Below are positions 27,666 to 37,706 of a DNA stretch of 64,000 bases, in pieces; position 1 is the first letter of the stretch, and each line of letters begins with the position of its first letter. The notes beneath the pieces were generated by a model. That model worked only from the letters and a program-made list of their open reading frames with translations. It ran no database searches and was not told the DNA's origin. The stretch is from positions 14,359 to 78,358 of the forward strand of contig JAGANG010000010.1 of the NCBI GenBank assembly GCA_017624275.1. The letters run 5' to 3'. Source of the stretch: Spirochaetales bacterium (lineage in GTDB: Bacteria > Spirochaetota > GWE2-31-10). Position numbers and translations under genes: made by a program.

Positions 27666-28295
27666 TCATTTATTATTTTTTATAATTAATGAATAAATTA
27701 AAGGAACAAAAATTATAATTCCCAAACTTACCAAAAATACATATTTCCCGATTACAAAAAATGAAGTAATAAAACTTGCAAAACCGCAAATAACTAAAAC
27801 CAATCCGGAAAATCGGTGAGTTCTTTTCCATAAATCATCATCATTCATAATCCAAGGCAATCTGAATCCAACAATATTGTTCGGTTTAGATTTCGGGATG
27901 TAATTTCCCACAATGATAAAAACAAATGACATAAAATATGCTACCAAAGACATTGCTTCCAAAGGTAAGCCCAAAGGTTTGATAATCATAAAAGTGCCGA
28001 CAACAACAGCCAAAATAGGAACAAGCCAAACTACAAATGAAGCAAGACGTTTTCCTACATTTTCCTCTGTCTTTGGTGAAATTCTCATGTTTACAACAAT
28101 GTTTAGTGCTGCAAAAATTATTGGAAGCAAAATAACATTTATCCATTTAGGAGCAACATTTCCGACTTCGTTATTCAAACTATAGTTAGTAGGAAGTTCC
28201 TCCGGTAGTTTATTCCATAAAATCAGCCCTACAATCATAGGAACAAAGCATAAAAGTGAAGTAATCAAAATTGTGAAATTAAATCGTTTATTCAT
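27666..28295 (-). CDS. SdpI/DUF1648-like polytopic membrane protein
   Basis: Six predicted TM helices. ATG 28295 is preceded by GGAGG and overlaps the stop of the upstream ArsR-family gene by 8 nt. The track's 28427 start lies inside that gene. Confidence 0.65.
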   Translation of the reverse strand: MNKRFNFTILITSLLCFVPMIVGLILWNKLPEELPTNYSLNNEVGNVAPKWINVILLPIIFAALNIVVNMRISPKTEENVGKRLASFVVWLVPILAVVVGTFMIIKPLGLPLEAMSLVAYFMSFVFIIVGNYIPKSKPNNIVGFRLPWIMNDDDLWKRTHRFSGLVLVICGFASFITSFFVIGKYVFLVSLGIIIFVPLIYSLIIKNNK

Positions 28296-28590
28296 TTTTT
28301 CCTCCGTTAGAATTTGTTGTTTCGTTATTGATTTTACCGAACTGAGTGAACCAAAGCATAATTTCTTCAAAAACTGATGTATTGATTTCGTAGTAAATAA
28401 AGTTTTTAAATTTTGACTCACGGACAAGCTCTGCTTTTTTTAAAATTGAAAGATGATAAGAAATCGTAGCTCCCGTCATTTCGAATTTCTGCCCGATTTC
28501 TCCGGCGGATAATTTGCCGTTTTTTAACATTTCAAGAATGTCTCGACGAACGGGATCAGATAAAGCTTTAAATGTTTCCTGAAAAGCCAT
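28288..28590 (-). CDS. ArsR-family (SdpR-type) winged-helix transcriptional autorepressor
   Basis: FKALSDPVRRDILEMLKNGKLSAGEIGQKFEMTGATISYHLSILKKAELV is a typical ArsR/SmtB HTH. It is paired with an SdpI-like membrane protein. Confidence 0.8.
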   Translation of the reverse strand: MAFQETFKALSDPVRRDILEMLKNGKLSAGEIGQKFEMTGATISYHLSILKKAELVRESKFKNFIYYEINTSVFEEIMLWFTQFGKINNETTNSNGGKNE

Positions 28591-28603
28591 TTTTTTCTCC
28601 AGG

Positions 28604-28625
28604 TATTTAGAAAAGTTTCTAAATA
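28604..28625. promoter_or_regulatory. Perfect 22-bp palindrome, candidate operator of the ArsR/SdpR-type regulator
   Basis: TATTTAGAAA-AG-TTTCTAAATA, 14 nt upstream of the regulator's start codon. Confidence 0.55.
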
Positions 28626-28656
28626 GAAACTAAAACTTCAAAAGAGTGTTGTCAAT

Positions 28657-28684
28657 ATCTATTTAGAATTTTATCTAAACAGAT
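28657..28684. promoter_or_regulatory. Second, imperfect inverted repeat sharing the TTTAGA/TCTAAA half-site
   Basis: ATCTATTTAGA-N5-ATCTAAACAGAT. It lies in the divergent region toward the HD-GYP gene, just before a TATAAT at 28691-28696. Confidence 0.35.
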
Positions 28685-28765
28685 ATTTTTTATAATGAAT
28701 TATTTCATTTACACATAAAAAAACAGGTGATAGAATCTTTTAAATCTGAAACCGGAGAAATCAAA

Positions 28766-30061
28766 ATGGAATACGTAAAATTACAATTAGGCTGTTTGGC
28801 TGTTATTTTTTTTATTGTTTTCAGTTATTTCCGAGAAATCGGGGTAGATTTGAAAAAAAAGAATTATTCTCTTTTTAATGCAATATTGATAAATGCGATT
28901 GTTTACATTTTTTTTGACGGACTCACGGCTTATACAGTTAATCATTTAGATATTGTCAGTCATACGGCAAATTTAATCTGTCATTTATGTTTTATGATTA
29001 GCATTGATACAATGGTATTTTTAATGTTTTTGTATATTCTGTCCATTACGGATGGATTTCCTCGGAAAATAACGAAGTGGATTCTCATTTGTTTTCCTTA
29101 TGCCGTAAACTTAGCTATTTTGTTTTTAACTTTGAATTCTTTAGAATTTATTCATGGCAAAACCACAAATTATTCTATGGGATTTCCGGCTTATACTTGT
29201 TATTCTATAGTAGCGTTGTATTTTATTCTTACGTTTTTGACATTTTTCCGTCGTTGGAAATATATCGAAAAGAAAAAAAGCGTAAGTATTTTTGTCTATA
29301 TGACAGTTTCATTGACTGTTACCGTGTTTCAAATGATTTTTCCGGAAATCTTAATAACAGCAATTGCACCTACAATTTTTGTACTGGGAATTTATTTGAA
29401 TCATGAGGAACCTTCGGTAAAAAAACTACATGCTTATCATAAAGATACAGTGGTAGATTTTGCCACACTTGTGGAAAATCGTGACAACAACACCGGCGGT
29501 CATATCAAACGAACTACAGCTTATGTAAAATTGATATTGAAAGAATTGTATTCTCGAGGTTATTACAAAGATTTGCTGACAAAAGATTTTATAAACAATT
29601 TAGAAATGGCTGCTCCGATGCATGATATCGGCAAAATTGCTACTCCCGATGCGATTTTGCAAAAACCGGGAAAACTTACAGATGAAGAATATTCCGTTAT
29701 GAAGCAACATTCCGAAAACGGAGCAAAAATAATCCAAGAGACTTTCGGAAAACACGGAAATGAAGATTTTATCAAAATCGCATACGAAGTCGCTCGTTAT
29801 CATCATGAAAAATGGAATGGAAAAGGTTATCCGCTGGGATTGAAAGAAACAGAAATACCGCTGTCAGCACGAATTATGGCAATTGCGGATGTTTTTGATG
29901 CGGTTTCACAAAAACGATGTTATCGTGATGCTATGCCTTTAGATCAATGTTTTGAAATAATCGGTAAAGGTAAAGAATGGGATTTTGATCCGTTGCTGGT
30001 AGATATTTTCTTGGAAATTCGCCCGAAAGTAGAAGAAGTTTATAAAGAAATCTATGTTTAA
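28766..30061 (+). CDS. 7-TM receptor fused to an HD-GYP domain (putative c-di-GMP phosphodiesterase)
   Basis: Seven hydrophobic helices, then HDIGK and HHEKWNGKGYP motifs. ATG 28766 is preceded by GGAGA. Confidence 0.8.
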   Translation: MEYVKLQLGCLAVIFFIVFSYFREIGVDLKKKNYSLFNAILINAIVYIFFDGLTAYTVNHLDIVSHTANLICHLCFMISIDTMVFLMFLYILSITDGFPRKITKWILICFPYAVNLAILFLTLNSLEFIHGKTTNYSMGFPAYTCYSIVALYFILTFLTFFRRWKYIEKKKSVSIFVYMTVSLTVTVFQMIFPEILITAIAPTIFVLGIYLNHEEPSVKKLHAYHKDTVVDFATLVENRDNNTGGHIKRTTAYVKLILKELYSRGYYKDLLTKDFINNLEMAAPMHDIGKIATPDAILQKPGKLTDEEYSVMKQHSENGAKIIQETFGKHGNEDFIKIAYEVARYHHEKWNGKGYPLGLKETEIPLSARIMAIADVFDAVSQKRCYRDAMPLDQCFEIIGKGKEWDFDPLLVDIFLEIRPKVEEVYKEIYV

Positions 30062-30110
30062 TAAAAGTAACTTTTTTAGATAATTCGTTAATTTGCAGAA
30101 TCAAGCAGGT

Positions 30111-30158
30111 AAAAAAAATGGGTAAAACTTCAAATCACTTATAGTTTTACCCATTTTT
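30111..30158 (+). terminator. Rho-independent terminator after the HD-GYP gene
   Basis: 12-bp stem ATGGGTAAAACT / AGTTTTACCCAT followed by T5. Confidence 0.65.
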
Positions 30159-30249
30159 ATTATTTATACATAAAAACTTTTCTTTCATATTTTTTGCAAT
30201 TCAAGTAAAATGCCGTATTTTTTTAAAACCATAGAATAAGGAGAAAATT

Positions 30250-31383
30250 TTGAGTTTTATCGAAGAACGTGAAAAAATCGGAACACAAGCCAGCATTGCG
30301 GGAATACTGACTAATGTGGGTTTGTTTATTTTAAAATTTATACTGGGATCAATGATGGGGAGTGTTGCCATTATAGCTGACGGTTTTAATAATTTATCAG
30401 ATGCGGCATCATCAATTGTTTCATTAATAGGTTTTAAAGTTGCCGGGAAAAAACCGGACGCAAAACATCCTTTCGGATACGGACGAATTGAATATATTTC
30501 TGCATTGGTCGTTTCGTTTTTGATTCTTACAACCGGCTTGTCGGTAATAAAAGATTCTTTTTCCAACATTATCAAACCTCAGGAACTTTCTGTTACTACC
30601 GTAGGCTTTATCGGATTGGGAATTTCTATCATCGCTAAAATAATTTTGGGGCTTTATACAAAATCGCTGGGGAAAAAAATTGATTCCGTATCATTAATCG
30701 CTTCCGGCACCGACGCACTCAATGACGTTATTGTTACATTCGCAACTATAGTTTCAATGGTAGTTTTTGCAGTTTTCAAAATAAATATCGACGGTTATAT
30801 AGGCTGTATAGTTGCACTGTTTATTATCAAAGCCGGCGTTGAAGTTGTTACAGATGCTTTGGGCCCTCTTTTGGGACAACCGGCAGACAAAGAAATTGTG
30901 GATAAAATTGAAGACTTTATTCTTTCAGGCGAAGGAATTGTGGGAGTACACGATCTTGTGGTTCACAATTACGGGCCGGGACGAATTTTTGCATCGGCTC
31001 ATGCCGAAATCCCGTCAAATTGCGATTTATTAAGAATGCACGACATCATCGACCAGATTGAAAACACAATCTATAAAGAATTGAATATTGAGATTACGAT
31101 TCATTTTGACCCGATTGATGTAAATAATGAAAAACTTTCACTGATGAAAGAGAAAATTGCCTTGATTGTTCGGAATATTGACAGCACATTAAAATTCCAT
31201 GATTTCAGAATGGTAAGCGGTCATTCTCATACAAACTTGATTTTTGACATTGTTTATCCTTACGGTTGTAAGCTAAAAGAAGAAGAAATATTGCAACAAA
31301 TCGAGAAAAATATTGAAGAACTTTCACAGTCCGACAATATTCAATATTTTGCAGTAGTAAAAATTGATTATCCTAAAACATAA
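30250..31383 (+). CDS. Cation diffusion facilitator family transporter (TTG start)
   Basis: AAGGAG RBS, six TM helices and a CDF-type cytoplasmic C-terminal domain (VHDLVVHNYGPGRIFASAHAEI). Confidence 0.8.
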   Translation: MSFIEEREKIGTQASIAGILTNVGLFILKFILGSMMGSVAIIADGFNNLSDAASSIVSLIGFKVAGKKPDAKHPFGYGRIEYISALVVSFLILTTGLSVIKDSFSNIIKPQELSVTTVGFIGLGISIIAKIILGLYTKSLGKKIDSVSLIASGTDALNDVIVTFATIVSMVVFAVFKINIDGYIGCIVALFIIKAGVEVVTDALGPLLGQPADKEIVDKIEDFILSGEGIVGVHDLVVHNYGPGRIFASAHAEIPSNCDLLRMHDIIDQIENTIYKELNIEITIHFDPIDVNNEKLSLMKEKIALIVRNIDSTLKFHDFRMVSGHSHTNLIFDIVYPYGCKLKEEEILQQIEKNIEELSQSDNIQYFAVVKIDYPKT

Positions 31384-31400
31384 ACATAAGATTTTCTCTC

Positions 31401-31434
31401 AAAGCGTACATTTATCCGAGTGTACGCTTTTTTT
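31401..31434 (+). terminator. Rho-independent terminator after the CDF transporter gene
   Basis: Stem AAAGCGTACA / TGTACGCTTT followed by a T run. Confidence 0.7.
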
Positions 31435-31557
31435 ATGTCCGTTCTTGCTCTGTAAATATTGCACCAATGAAATGAAATAAAACATCTTTTTTGTTCATAA
31501 AACACCAAATCATCACTAAATTGAAAATAGATTAATTTTGGGAAAAGCGGGAACAAG

Positions 31558-32133
31558 ATGACAATCTTTGACGTAAGGGACATTGTTTCGTATGAAGAAT
31601 TTATTTTATTTGTTCTGAATAAATCAATTTTTTTTAAGACAAATAAAAATAAGATATTTGAAAAATATAATGTTTTAAAAGCTGATTCATGGGAAGAAAA
31701 TCTTGATAAATACCAAAATTTTTATAAGGAATATGAAACTCTGATTTTAAAGATAACAGAAGAATCTGTTTCTTTTTACAAAGACTTATTTTTGCAAAAA
31801 ACAGAACTGAATTTAAATGCCGATTTTAATCATACGAGATTTTTTGATGAATCAGAAATACGAAAATATAAATGTATCAAAGAATTAATCAATTATTCTG
31901 TATTCAAAATATTTGGACAGAACATAGAACATATCTACAAAGAAAAATCACATTATCCGCAAGTATCGATTCTCGCAAAAGAAGACAATTTTTGCAGGTT
32001 ACTTTTTGATGGATTTAAAATAGATTACAATCGAAATGCCGAAAACTTTGCCAAAGTTGAGATTTTTTGTAATCGCAATTTTTTGTTACACATCGACAAA
32101 GAAAAATACAGCACGCAAAAGCTATTCGGCTGA
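31558..32133 (+). CDS. Hypothetical protein (191 aa), no recognisable domain
   Basis: Uninterrupted ORF in an otherwise empty interval. No motif recognised. Confidence 0.5.
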   Translation: MTIFDVRDIVSYEEFILFVLNKSIFFKTNKNKIFEKYNVLKADSWEENLDKYQNFYKEYETLILKITEESVSFYKDLFLQKTELNLNADFNHTRFFDESEIRKYKCIKELINYSVFKIFGQNIEHIYKEKSHYPQVSILAKEDNFCRLLFDGFKIDYNRNAENFAKVEIFCNRNFLLHIDKEKYSTQKLFG

Positions 32134-32199
32134 AATCAAAACATCAGAAATGAAGTGTTTCTTATAGAAAATACTTTCATGATTTGTTAAATTGCCGCC

Positions 32200-33543
32200 A
32201 TGAAAGTAATAAATAATAAATCTGTTATTCCGTCTTTATCGTCGTTGGCATTTCCGCTGATTATAGAAAATTTATTGAGAGTTGCATTATCCAGTACCGA
32301 TGTTTTGATGCTCGGCGGATATTCCCAATCCGCAGTAGCAGCAATCGGTTTTGTAAGTCAATTCGTATTTTTTTTAACATTACTGCACAATGTAATCGGT
32401 ATCGGCGTTTCAATTTTAATAGCTCAATATATAGGTGCAAACCGAACGGAGGACGCAAAAAAAGTTTCTCAAGCCGGAACATTTATGACGCTTATTCTCG
32501 GCAGCGTTTTGGCAATACTTTTTACGGCACTTACATTTCCGTTGTTGTCTTTTTATGAACTGGAAGCAGATGTAAGACGATACGCAATGCAATATCTTTT
32601 GATTTTCAATTCGTTATCAATATTTTCAGCTTTTTCCGTATTATTCGGAGCAATCTTACGTTCTTACGGTTACGCTCGCATTGTAATGGTTGCCTCCGTT
32701 TTTTCCAGTATTTTTAATGTATTGGGAAATGCAGCCAGTATCTACGGTTTGTTCGGTTGCCCGGTTTTAGGCGTTCCGGGAGTTGCATTTTCTACGGTAA
32801 TCAGTCAAATTTTAGGCTGTATAATATTGTGGATTGCAATACGCCGACATAGAAATGTACGTTATTCGATTCCCGAATGTTTTCGAGTTTCATCTAATTT
32901 TCAACGAAAGATTTTATCTATCGGGATTCCCACTGTGGGTGAAAGTATTTTGTGGAGTGCTTCACAAATTGTTATTATTTCCATAATTACCACATTCGGT
33001 ACTCAGTCGATGTCGGCGTTTACTTACCTCAACACCTTATTGCGTTTTGTGTTTACAATTTCCTCCGCTTTAGGTTCTGCGGTACAAATCAAAATCGGAA
33101 TGTTTTGCGGAGCCGGACAAAAAGATACGGCATATTCAAAATTATTTCAGTATCAAGCTATCGGAACATGCATTTCGATGGGGCTGGTTTTATTTTTATA
33201 TTTCGGTAAAACATTCTTGATTCCTCTTTTTACAAAAGAAACAGCAATATTGTCATTGATATATTCAGTGTTGCCGGTATGTATACTTCAAGAATTGGGG
33301 CGTTCGGTAAATATTGTGGCAATTCCGGCATTGAAAGGTGCCGGTGATATAAAATTTCCGGTAATAATCGGAATTATTTCCATGTGGCTTATTTCAGTAG
33401 GTGGCGGAGCTTTGTTGTCCATAGTTTTCGGAATGAAATTATTCGGAATTTTATGCATGACGGCGGCAGATGAATGTGTTCGTGGTTTACTTTCTTTGGC
33501 ACGATGGAAATCTAAAAGATGGCAAATGAAACAATTAATTTAA
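32200..33543 (+). CDS. MATE-family efflux transporter
   Basis: 12-TM protein with a MatE-like N-terminus (LAFPLIIENLLRVALSSTDVLMLG). Confidence 0.8.
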   Translation: MKVINNKSVIPSLSSLAFPLIIENLLRVALSSTDVLMLGGYSQSAVAAIGFVSQFVFFLTLLHNVIGIGVSILIAQYIGANRTEDAKKVSQAGTFMTLILGSVLAILFTALTFPLLSFYELEADVRRYAMQYLLIFNSLSIFSAFSVLFGAILRSYGYARIVMVASVFSSIFNVLGNAASIYGLFGCPVLGVPGVAFSTVISQILGCIILWIAIRRHRNVRYSIPECFRVSSNFQRKILSIGIPTVGESILWSASQIVIISIITTFGTQSMSAFTYLNTLLRFVFTISSALGSAVQIKIGMFCGAGQKDTAYSKLFQYQAIGTCISMGLVLFLYFGKTFLIPLFTKETAILSLIYSVLPVCILQELGRSVNIVAIPALKGAGDIKFPVIIGIISMWLISVGGGALLSIVFGMKLFGILCMTAADECVRGLLSLARWKSKRWQMKQLI

Positions 33544-33555
33544 AGGAATATTAAA

Positions 33556-34155
33556 ATGATTATAGGACTTACCGGATTTTATTGCAGCGGAAAATCTACC
33601 GCAGAACGTTATTTAAAAGAAGATTTCGGTTTTTATGTTATCGATATGGATAAAATCGGTCACAAAGCACATACATTACCGGAAGTAAAAGCTGAGATTG
33701 CAAAACAATTCGGCTCGACAATGATAAATCCGGACGGCAATGTAGACCGAAAAAAATTAGGAGCGGCAGTTTTTTCCGACAAAAAGCAGTTAGAAAAATT
33801 AAATTCTTTAATGCGACCGTTTTTGTTACGCTTGTTAAATGAAGATTTGGAACTTCACAAAAATGAAAACATTATTATCAGTGCAGCTCTTTTGTTTGAT
33901 GCCGGCTTGGAATGTTTTTGTGAAAAGATATTTATAGTTCGAGCCTCATTATGGAGAATATTTATTCGCGGCTGGAAACGAGATCGTCATTCGCCTTTAC
34001 GAGTTCACAGAATTTTACGCAGTCAAAAATTAAAAGAATATATAAACCAACATGCGAAAACTGTCGATATTGTTTGCATTAATACTAACGGAACGCCGAA
34101 TCGCTTGAGAAAGAGGCTTTTAAAAGTATTAAAAAATGAAGGTATAAAAAGGTAG
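33556..34155 (+). CDS. coaE: Dephospho-CoA kinase
   Basis: IIGLTG..SGKST P-loop at the N-terminus. CoaE-like order of blocks. Confidence 0.75.
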   Translation: MIIGLTGFYCSGKSTAERYLKEDFGFYVIDMDKIGHKAHTLPEVKAEIAKQFGSTMINPDGNVDRKKLGAAVFSDKKQLEKLNSLMRPFLLRLLNEDLELHKNENIIISAALLFDAGLECFCEKIFIVRASLWRIFIRGWKRDRHSPLRVHRILRSQKLKEYINQHAKTVDIVCINTNGTPNRLRKRLLKVLKNEGIKR

Positions 34156-34161
34156 GGAATT

Positions 34162-34995
34162 ATGTCAGACGATATGTCTCAAGAAAACGAAAGTACAATC
34201 AAGGAAGAAGAAATCCAAAATGAAGGAAAGAAAAAACAATTCTATTCTATTAATCTTACAACAGAACGAGTTTTTTTGATTTTTGTTTTGCTTATTGCGA
34301 TTATAGCAATAGTAGTAGTAGCTTTTGTTTTTTCGACATCTTCAAAAACTGTAAGTAAAAATAAAGATGTTGCATCTGAAGAAGTTATTGATGAAATTGT
34401 AAGTAATGATGATTTCGCATTTTTTGATGATGAAAACACAATGGAATTATTAGACGGTGAAGACGCACCGGCTCCGGTTCCGGAAAAAGTAACAATCACC
34501 GAAGGTGCTGAGAATACAGAAACTGCGGCAAAACAAGAAAAAGTAGCTGAGCCGGAAGTAAAAACTGCCGACGCACAAACTGAAGTAGTTGCTGCTAAAC
34601 CGGAAGTAAAAATTAATGACAAAATCAGTTATTCTTCAAATTATGCAGAAAAAGAAGAAAAAGTAACGACTCCGCCGCAACCGGTAACAAAAAAAGCTGT
34701 AGATACTGTTAAAGTTCCTGCTGAAAAAAAAGTTACTAAGTCTGCTGTTCAGGAAAAGAAATGGATAATACAAATCGGATCGTTTACATCTGAAAAATCA
34801 GCAAATGAGATTGCCGGCTTTTATAAAAAAGACAATTATCCTGCTTATATAAAAGAATTTATGAAAGACGGAAAAACTTATTATCGATTGAGAATCGGGC
34901 CTTACGATTCTGATGTAAAAGCTCAGGAAGCTCTTGTAAAAATCAAAGCTTCTAAATATGGTAAAGACAGTTTTGTTTCAGTAGGATATTTCTAA
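34162..34995 (+). CDS. SPOR-domain protein (single TM, low-complexity linker, C-terminal SPOR)
   Basis: C-terminus WIIQIGSFTSEKSANEIAGFYKK...YYRLRIGPYDSDVKAQEAL matches the SPOR peptidoglycan-binding fold pattern. Confidence 0.8.
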   Translation: MSDDMSQENESTIKEEEIQNEGKKKQFYSINLTTERVFLIFVLLIAIIAIVVVAFVFSTSSKTVSKNKDVASEEVIDEIVSNDDFAFFDDENTMELLDGEDAPAPVPEKVTITEGAENTETAAKQEKVAEPEVKTADAQTEVVAAKPEVKINDKISYSSNYAEKEEKVTTPPQPVTKKAVDTVKVPAEKKVTKSAVQEKKWIIQIGSFTSEKSANEIAGFYKKDNYPAYIKEFMKDGKTYYRLRIGPYDSDVKAQEALVKIKASKYGKDSFVSVGYF

Positions 34996-34997
34996 AA

Positions 34998-35606
34998 ATG
35001 AGTAGTATTCAATTTTTAGTATTGGCATTTTTACTTATAGGCGTAGGAGTAATTTTTTGTATTTCCGGAAAAAAATTATTCAAACCACTCCTGTCGCTTA
35101 TAGGTTTTGCTTTCGGAGTTATGTTAATGCAAAGCTTTTTGCCGGGAATCGTTGATAATAAAACAACGCTTTTGATAATCTGTGTAATTGCCGGTATTTT
35201 CTTCGCATTTTTAACAACTTTTATTTATTCGTTCGGCGTATTTTTTGCCGGTTTTGTTTCTGTTTTAATCTTTTTTAACAGTTACGGGACATCATTCGGT
35301 GCTAATGAATGGAATATTTTTATAAAATTGCTTGTTTGTATTGCCGGCGGATTTTTTGCGTATTTCTTTCAAAAAGTTGTTATTTCAATTATCACGGCTT
35401 TTTTAGGAAGCTATTTGATAACGTTAAATTCGTGGTTTATTTTTGATTACTTTAAAAGTAACAAGAGTATCACTACATTTTCACAATATTATGACTATTT
35501 TAATCAAGTCATTATGAACTCAGAAAGCTCAATTGCTCTGATTATAATTACAATTCTTGCCGTAGCCGGAATATTAGCTCAATGGAAGCTTCTTCCTAAA
35601 ATATAA
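34998..35606 (+). CDS. Polytopic membrane protein of unknown function (DUF4203-like)
   Basis: Six to seven hydrophobic helices. Starts 3 nt after the SPOR gene stop. Confidence 0.55.
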   Translation: MSSIQFLVLAFLLIGVGVIFCISGKKLFKPLLSLIGFAFGVMLMQSFLPGIVDNKTTLLIICVIAGIFFAFLTTFIYSFGVFFAGFVSVLIFFNSYGTSFGANEWNIFIKLLVCIAGGFFAYFFQKVVISIITAFLGSYLITLNSWFIFDYFKSNKSITTFSQYYDYFNQVIMNSESSIALIIITILAVAGILAQWKLLPKI

Positions 35607-35613
35607 TCAGTCT

Positions 35614-35658
35614 AAAAAAAAGTACCTCAAAAACATTTCCGATTTTGAGGTACTTTTC
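35614..35658. terminator. Bidirectional rho-independent terminator between the convergent membrane-protein gene and adk
   Basis: 12-bp stem AGTACCTCAAAA / TTTTGAGGTACT flanked by A8 and T4. Confidence 0.7.
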
Positions 35659-35674
35659 ATTTTATGCAAATAAA

Positions 35675-36304
35675 TTATTTTTTCAATTTGCTTTGTAATT
35701 CATTAAATACAGCTTCCGGAGTACCTGTAGCATCTACAGAAACAACTTTTCCCAATTTTGTATAGTAGTCCAACAATGGTTCTGTTTGGCTGTGATAAAC
35801 TTTTAATCTGTTTTGGATTGCTTCTGTAGCATCATCCGGACGAATTATAAGTTCTGCACCGCAAACATCACAAATTCCTTCTGTTTTAGGTTTATTTGTT
35901 TCTACATGGAAAATTGCCTGACAAGTAGGGCAAGTTCTTCTTCCGCCCAAACGACGAACAACTTCTGCATCTTCAATATCAAAATAGATTGCAGCGTCAG
36001 CTTCTTCTATTTTGCTCCAAGCTTCAGCCTGAACCATTGTTCTAGGGAAACCGTCAAGAATATAACCATTTTTGCAATCGTCTTCTTTTACACGATTTTC
36101 TACAAGAGAAATTGTCAATTCATCGGGAACAAGTTCACCGGCATCAAGAATAGCTTTTACTTTTTTTCCCAATTCAGTTTGGTTTTTAATATTTGCACGG
36201 AAAATGTCTCCGGTACTGATGTGAGGAATTCCTGCACTTTCTTTTAATTGTTTAGCAATAGTTCCCTTTCCTGCACCGGGAGCTCCAAAAAAAATTAACT
36301 TCAT
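35675..36304 (-). CDS. adk: Adenylate kinase (zinc-lid type)
   Basis: GAPGAGKGT P-loop. CPTC...CDVC lid. Confidence 0.95.
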   Translation of the reverse strand: MKLIFFGAPGAGKGTIAKQLKESAGIPHISTGDIFRANIKNQTELGKKVKAILDAGELVPDELTISLVENRVKEDDCKNGYILDGFPRTMVQAEAWSKIEEADAAIYFDIEDAEVVRRLGGRRTCPTCQAIFHVETNKPKTEGICDVCGAELIIRPDDATEAIQNRLKVYHSQTEPLLDYYTKLGKVVSVDATGTPEAVFNELQSKLKK

Positions 36305-36376
36305 AATGTCTCACCTTTTAATATAAAAAATATGCGGGATAATAGGCAAAATCAATAATGATGTCAAGAAACAAGC

Positions 36377-37582
36377 TTATAAATGAAAAAACAATGCTGC
36401 TACCTGCAATCCGCCGTTCTTAAAAATCCATTTTTTCTCATAATAAATATTCATTGCCTTTTCTGCTTCTTCATCTGGGACAATGACCAATGCGTCACAT
36501 CCGGTATAATGAAGTTTTAAATGTTTCCCGATTTGAGCAAAAAATGCTTTTTTATCAATTTTTAATCGTTTCCCATACGGCGGATTAAACATCAACAATA
36601 ATTTCCCGTTTGCTGAAATCTGCTTTTTATCTGTTCTAAAAAAATCTTTTACTGCCAAATGTATCGCCGAAGATTCTTCTGTATTTGTAAAATCGGCAAT
36701 TGTTTTTAATCCGAGATTCTTTGCGTTTTCAGATGTAAGGTGAATATTTTCCTTGTTAATATCACTTCCGTAAATTTGCAAATTATCGGAAAAAACGGAG
36801 TTTATCGGTAAAATATTTTGTCTTGCGGTAAAATTAAAAGTTCCTTCGGAATATACCGGCCAATTTTGGAATGCAAACGGACGCAATGTCGCTAATTTTT
36901 CTCGTAATTTTCCTGTATATACGGCAGCTTCCGTTAAAAATGTTCCGCAACCACACATTGGATCATAAATTCCCTCGTAACATTTTCCGGGAAATTCCGT
37001 TGCTATTTTAGTAATCAAAAGAGAAGCGAGGTTTTCACGTAACGGAGCGTCCGCCGTATAAATTTTATATCCTCGTCGCTGGAGTGATTCACCGCAACAA
37101 TCCAAACTGACGGTACATTTATCATTTACAATACGAATATAAACTGTTTGTCCCTGTGATGTCGCATTTTCTCCTATCATAGCAACAAAAGCTTTTTTTG
37201 CACGTTCGGCTACGGCGTCACTGTGGTACAAGCGAGATTTAACTGTAGATACCGAAAACTCAGGAATACAATTGGGTGGAAGATAAAGCTCCCAAGGAAT
37301 TTCATTTTTCAAACGGCGTACCAACATCGAGAAATTTGACGCATTAAAACACGCAAGACGCATGAGTATTCGAACAGCTCCGTAGCATGATAAGGCAGCT
37401 TGCATCATCTCGGATATTTTTGCGGTAAATAAAATTCCGCCCGGTTCTACATTATCAATTTGTGTGATACCGGCATTTTTTAATTCAGCTACGCCTGCAT
37501 TTTCAAAACCCAGCGGATAAACAGCGAAAAATTGGTGTGGTTTACCTTTTACTTGTATTTTTATTCTTCTTTCTAATGACAT
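36377..37582 (-). CDS. THUMP-domain class I SAM-dependent RNA methyltransferase (RlmL/YpsC-like)
   Basis: DPMCGCGTF SAM-binding motif I and the NPPYG catalytic motif. Confidence 0.8.
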   Translation of the reverse strand: MSLERRIKIQVKGKPHQFFAVYPLGFENAGVAELKNAGITQIDNVEPGGILFTAKISEMMQAALSCYGAVRILMRLACFNASNFSMLVRRLKNEIPWELYLPPNCIPEFSVSTVKSRLYHSDAVAERAKKAFVAMIGENATSQGQTVYIRIVNDKCTVSLDCCGESLQRRGYKIYTADAPLRENLASLLITKIATEFPGKCYEGIYDPMCGCGTFLTEAAVYTGKLREKLATLRPFAFQNWPVYSEGTFNFTARQNILPINSVFSDNLQIYGSDINKENIHLTSENAKNLGLKTIADFTNTEESSAIHLAVKDFFRTDKKQISANGKLLLMFNPPYGKRLKIDKKAFFAQIGKHLKLHYTGCDALVIVPDEEAEKAMNIYYEKKWIFKNGGLQVAALFFHL

Positions 37583-37706
37583 GCCGGCAACTATAATTTA
37601 ATTATCAATTTCTGCAATACTAATTTGTAAAAAACATCACTTGAAGTTTCAATCTTGAATTAATATACTGCTTACTAATTTATTTTTTCAATAAAAGGAT
37701 TTTGTC

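Noticed and set aside
31368-31583. Short intergenic ORFs: 31368..31583(-), 56279..56473(+), 39210..39464(+), 53434..53634(-), 1416..1598(+).
   Set aside because: They span terminator hairpins or gene boundaries, have no RBS, and have implausible composition. They are likely non-coding.
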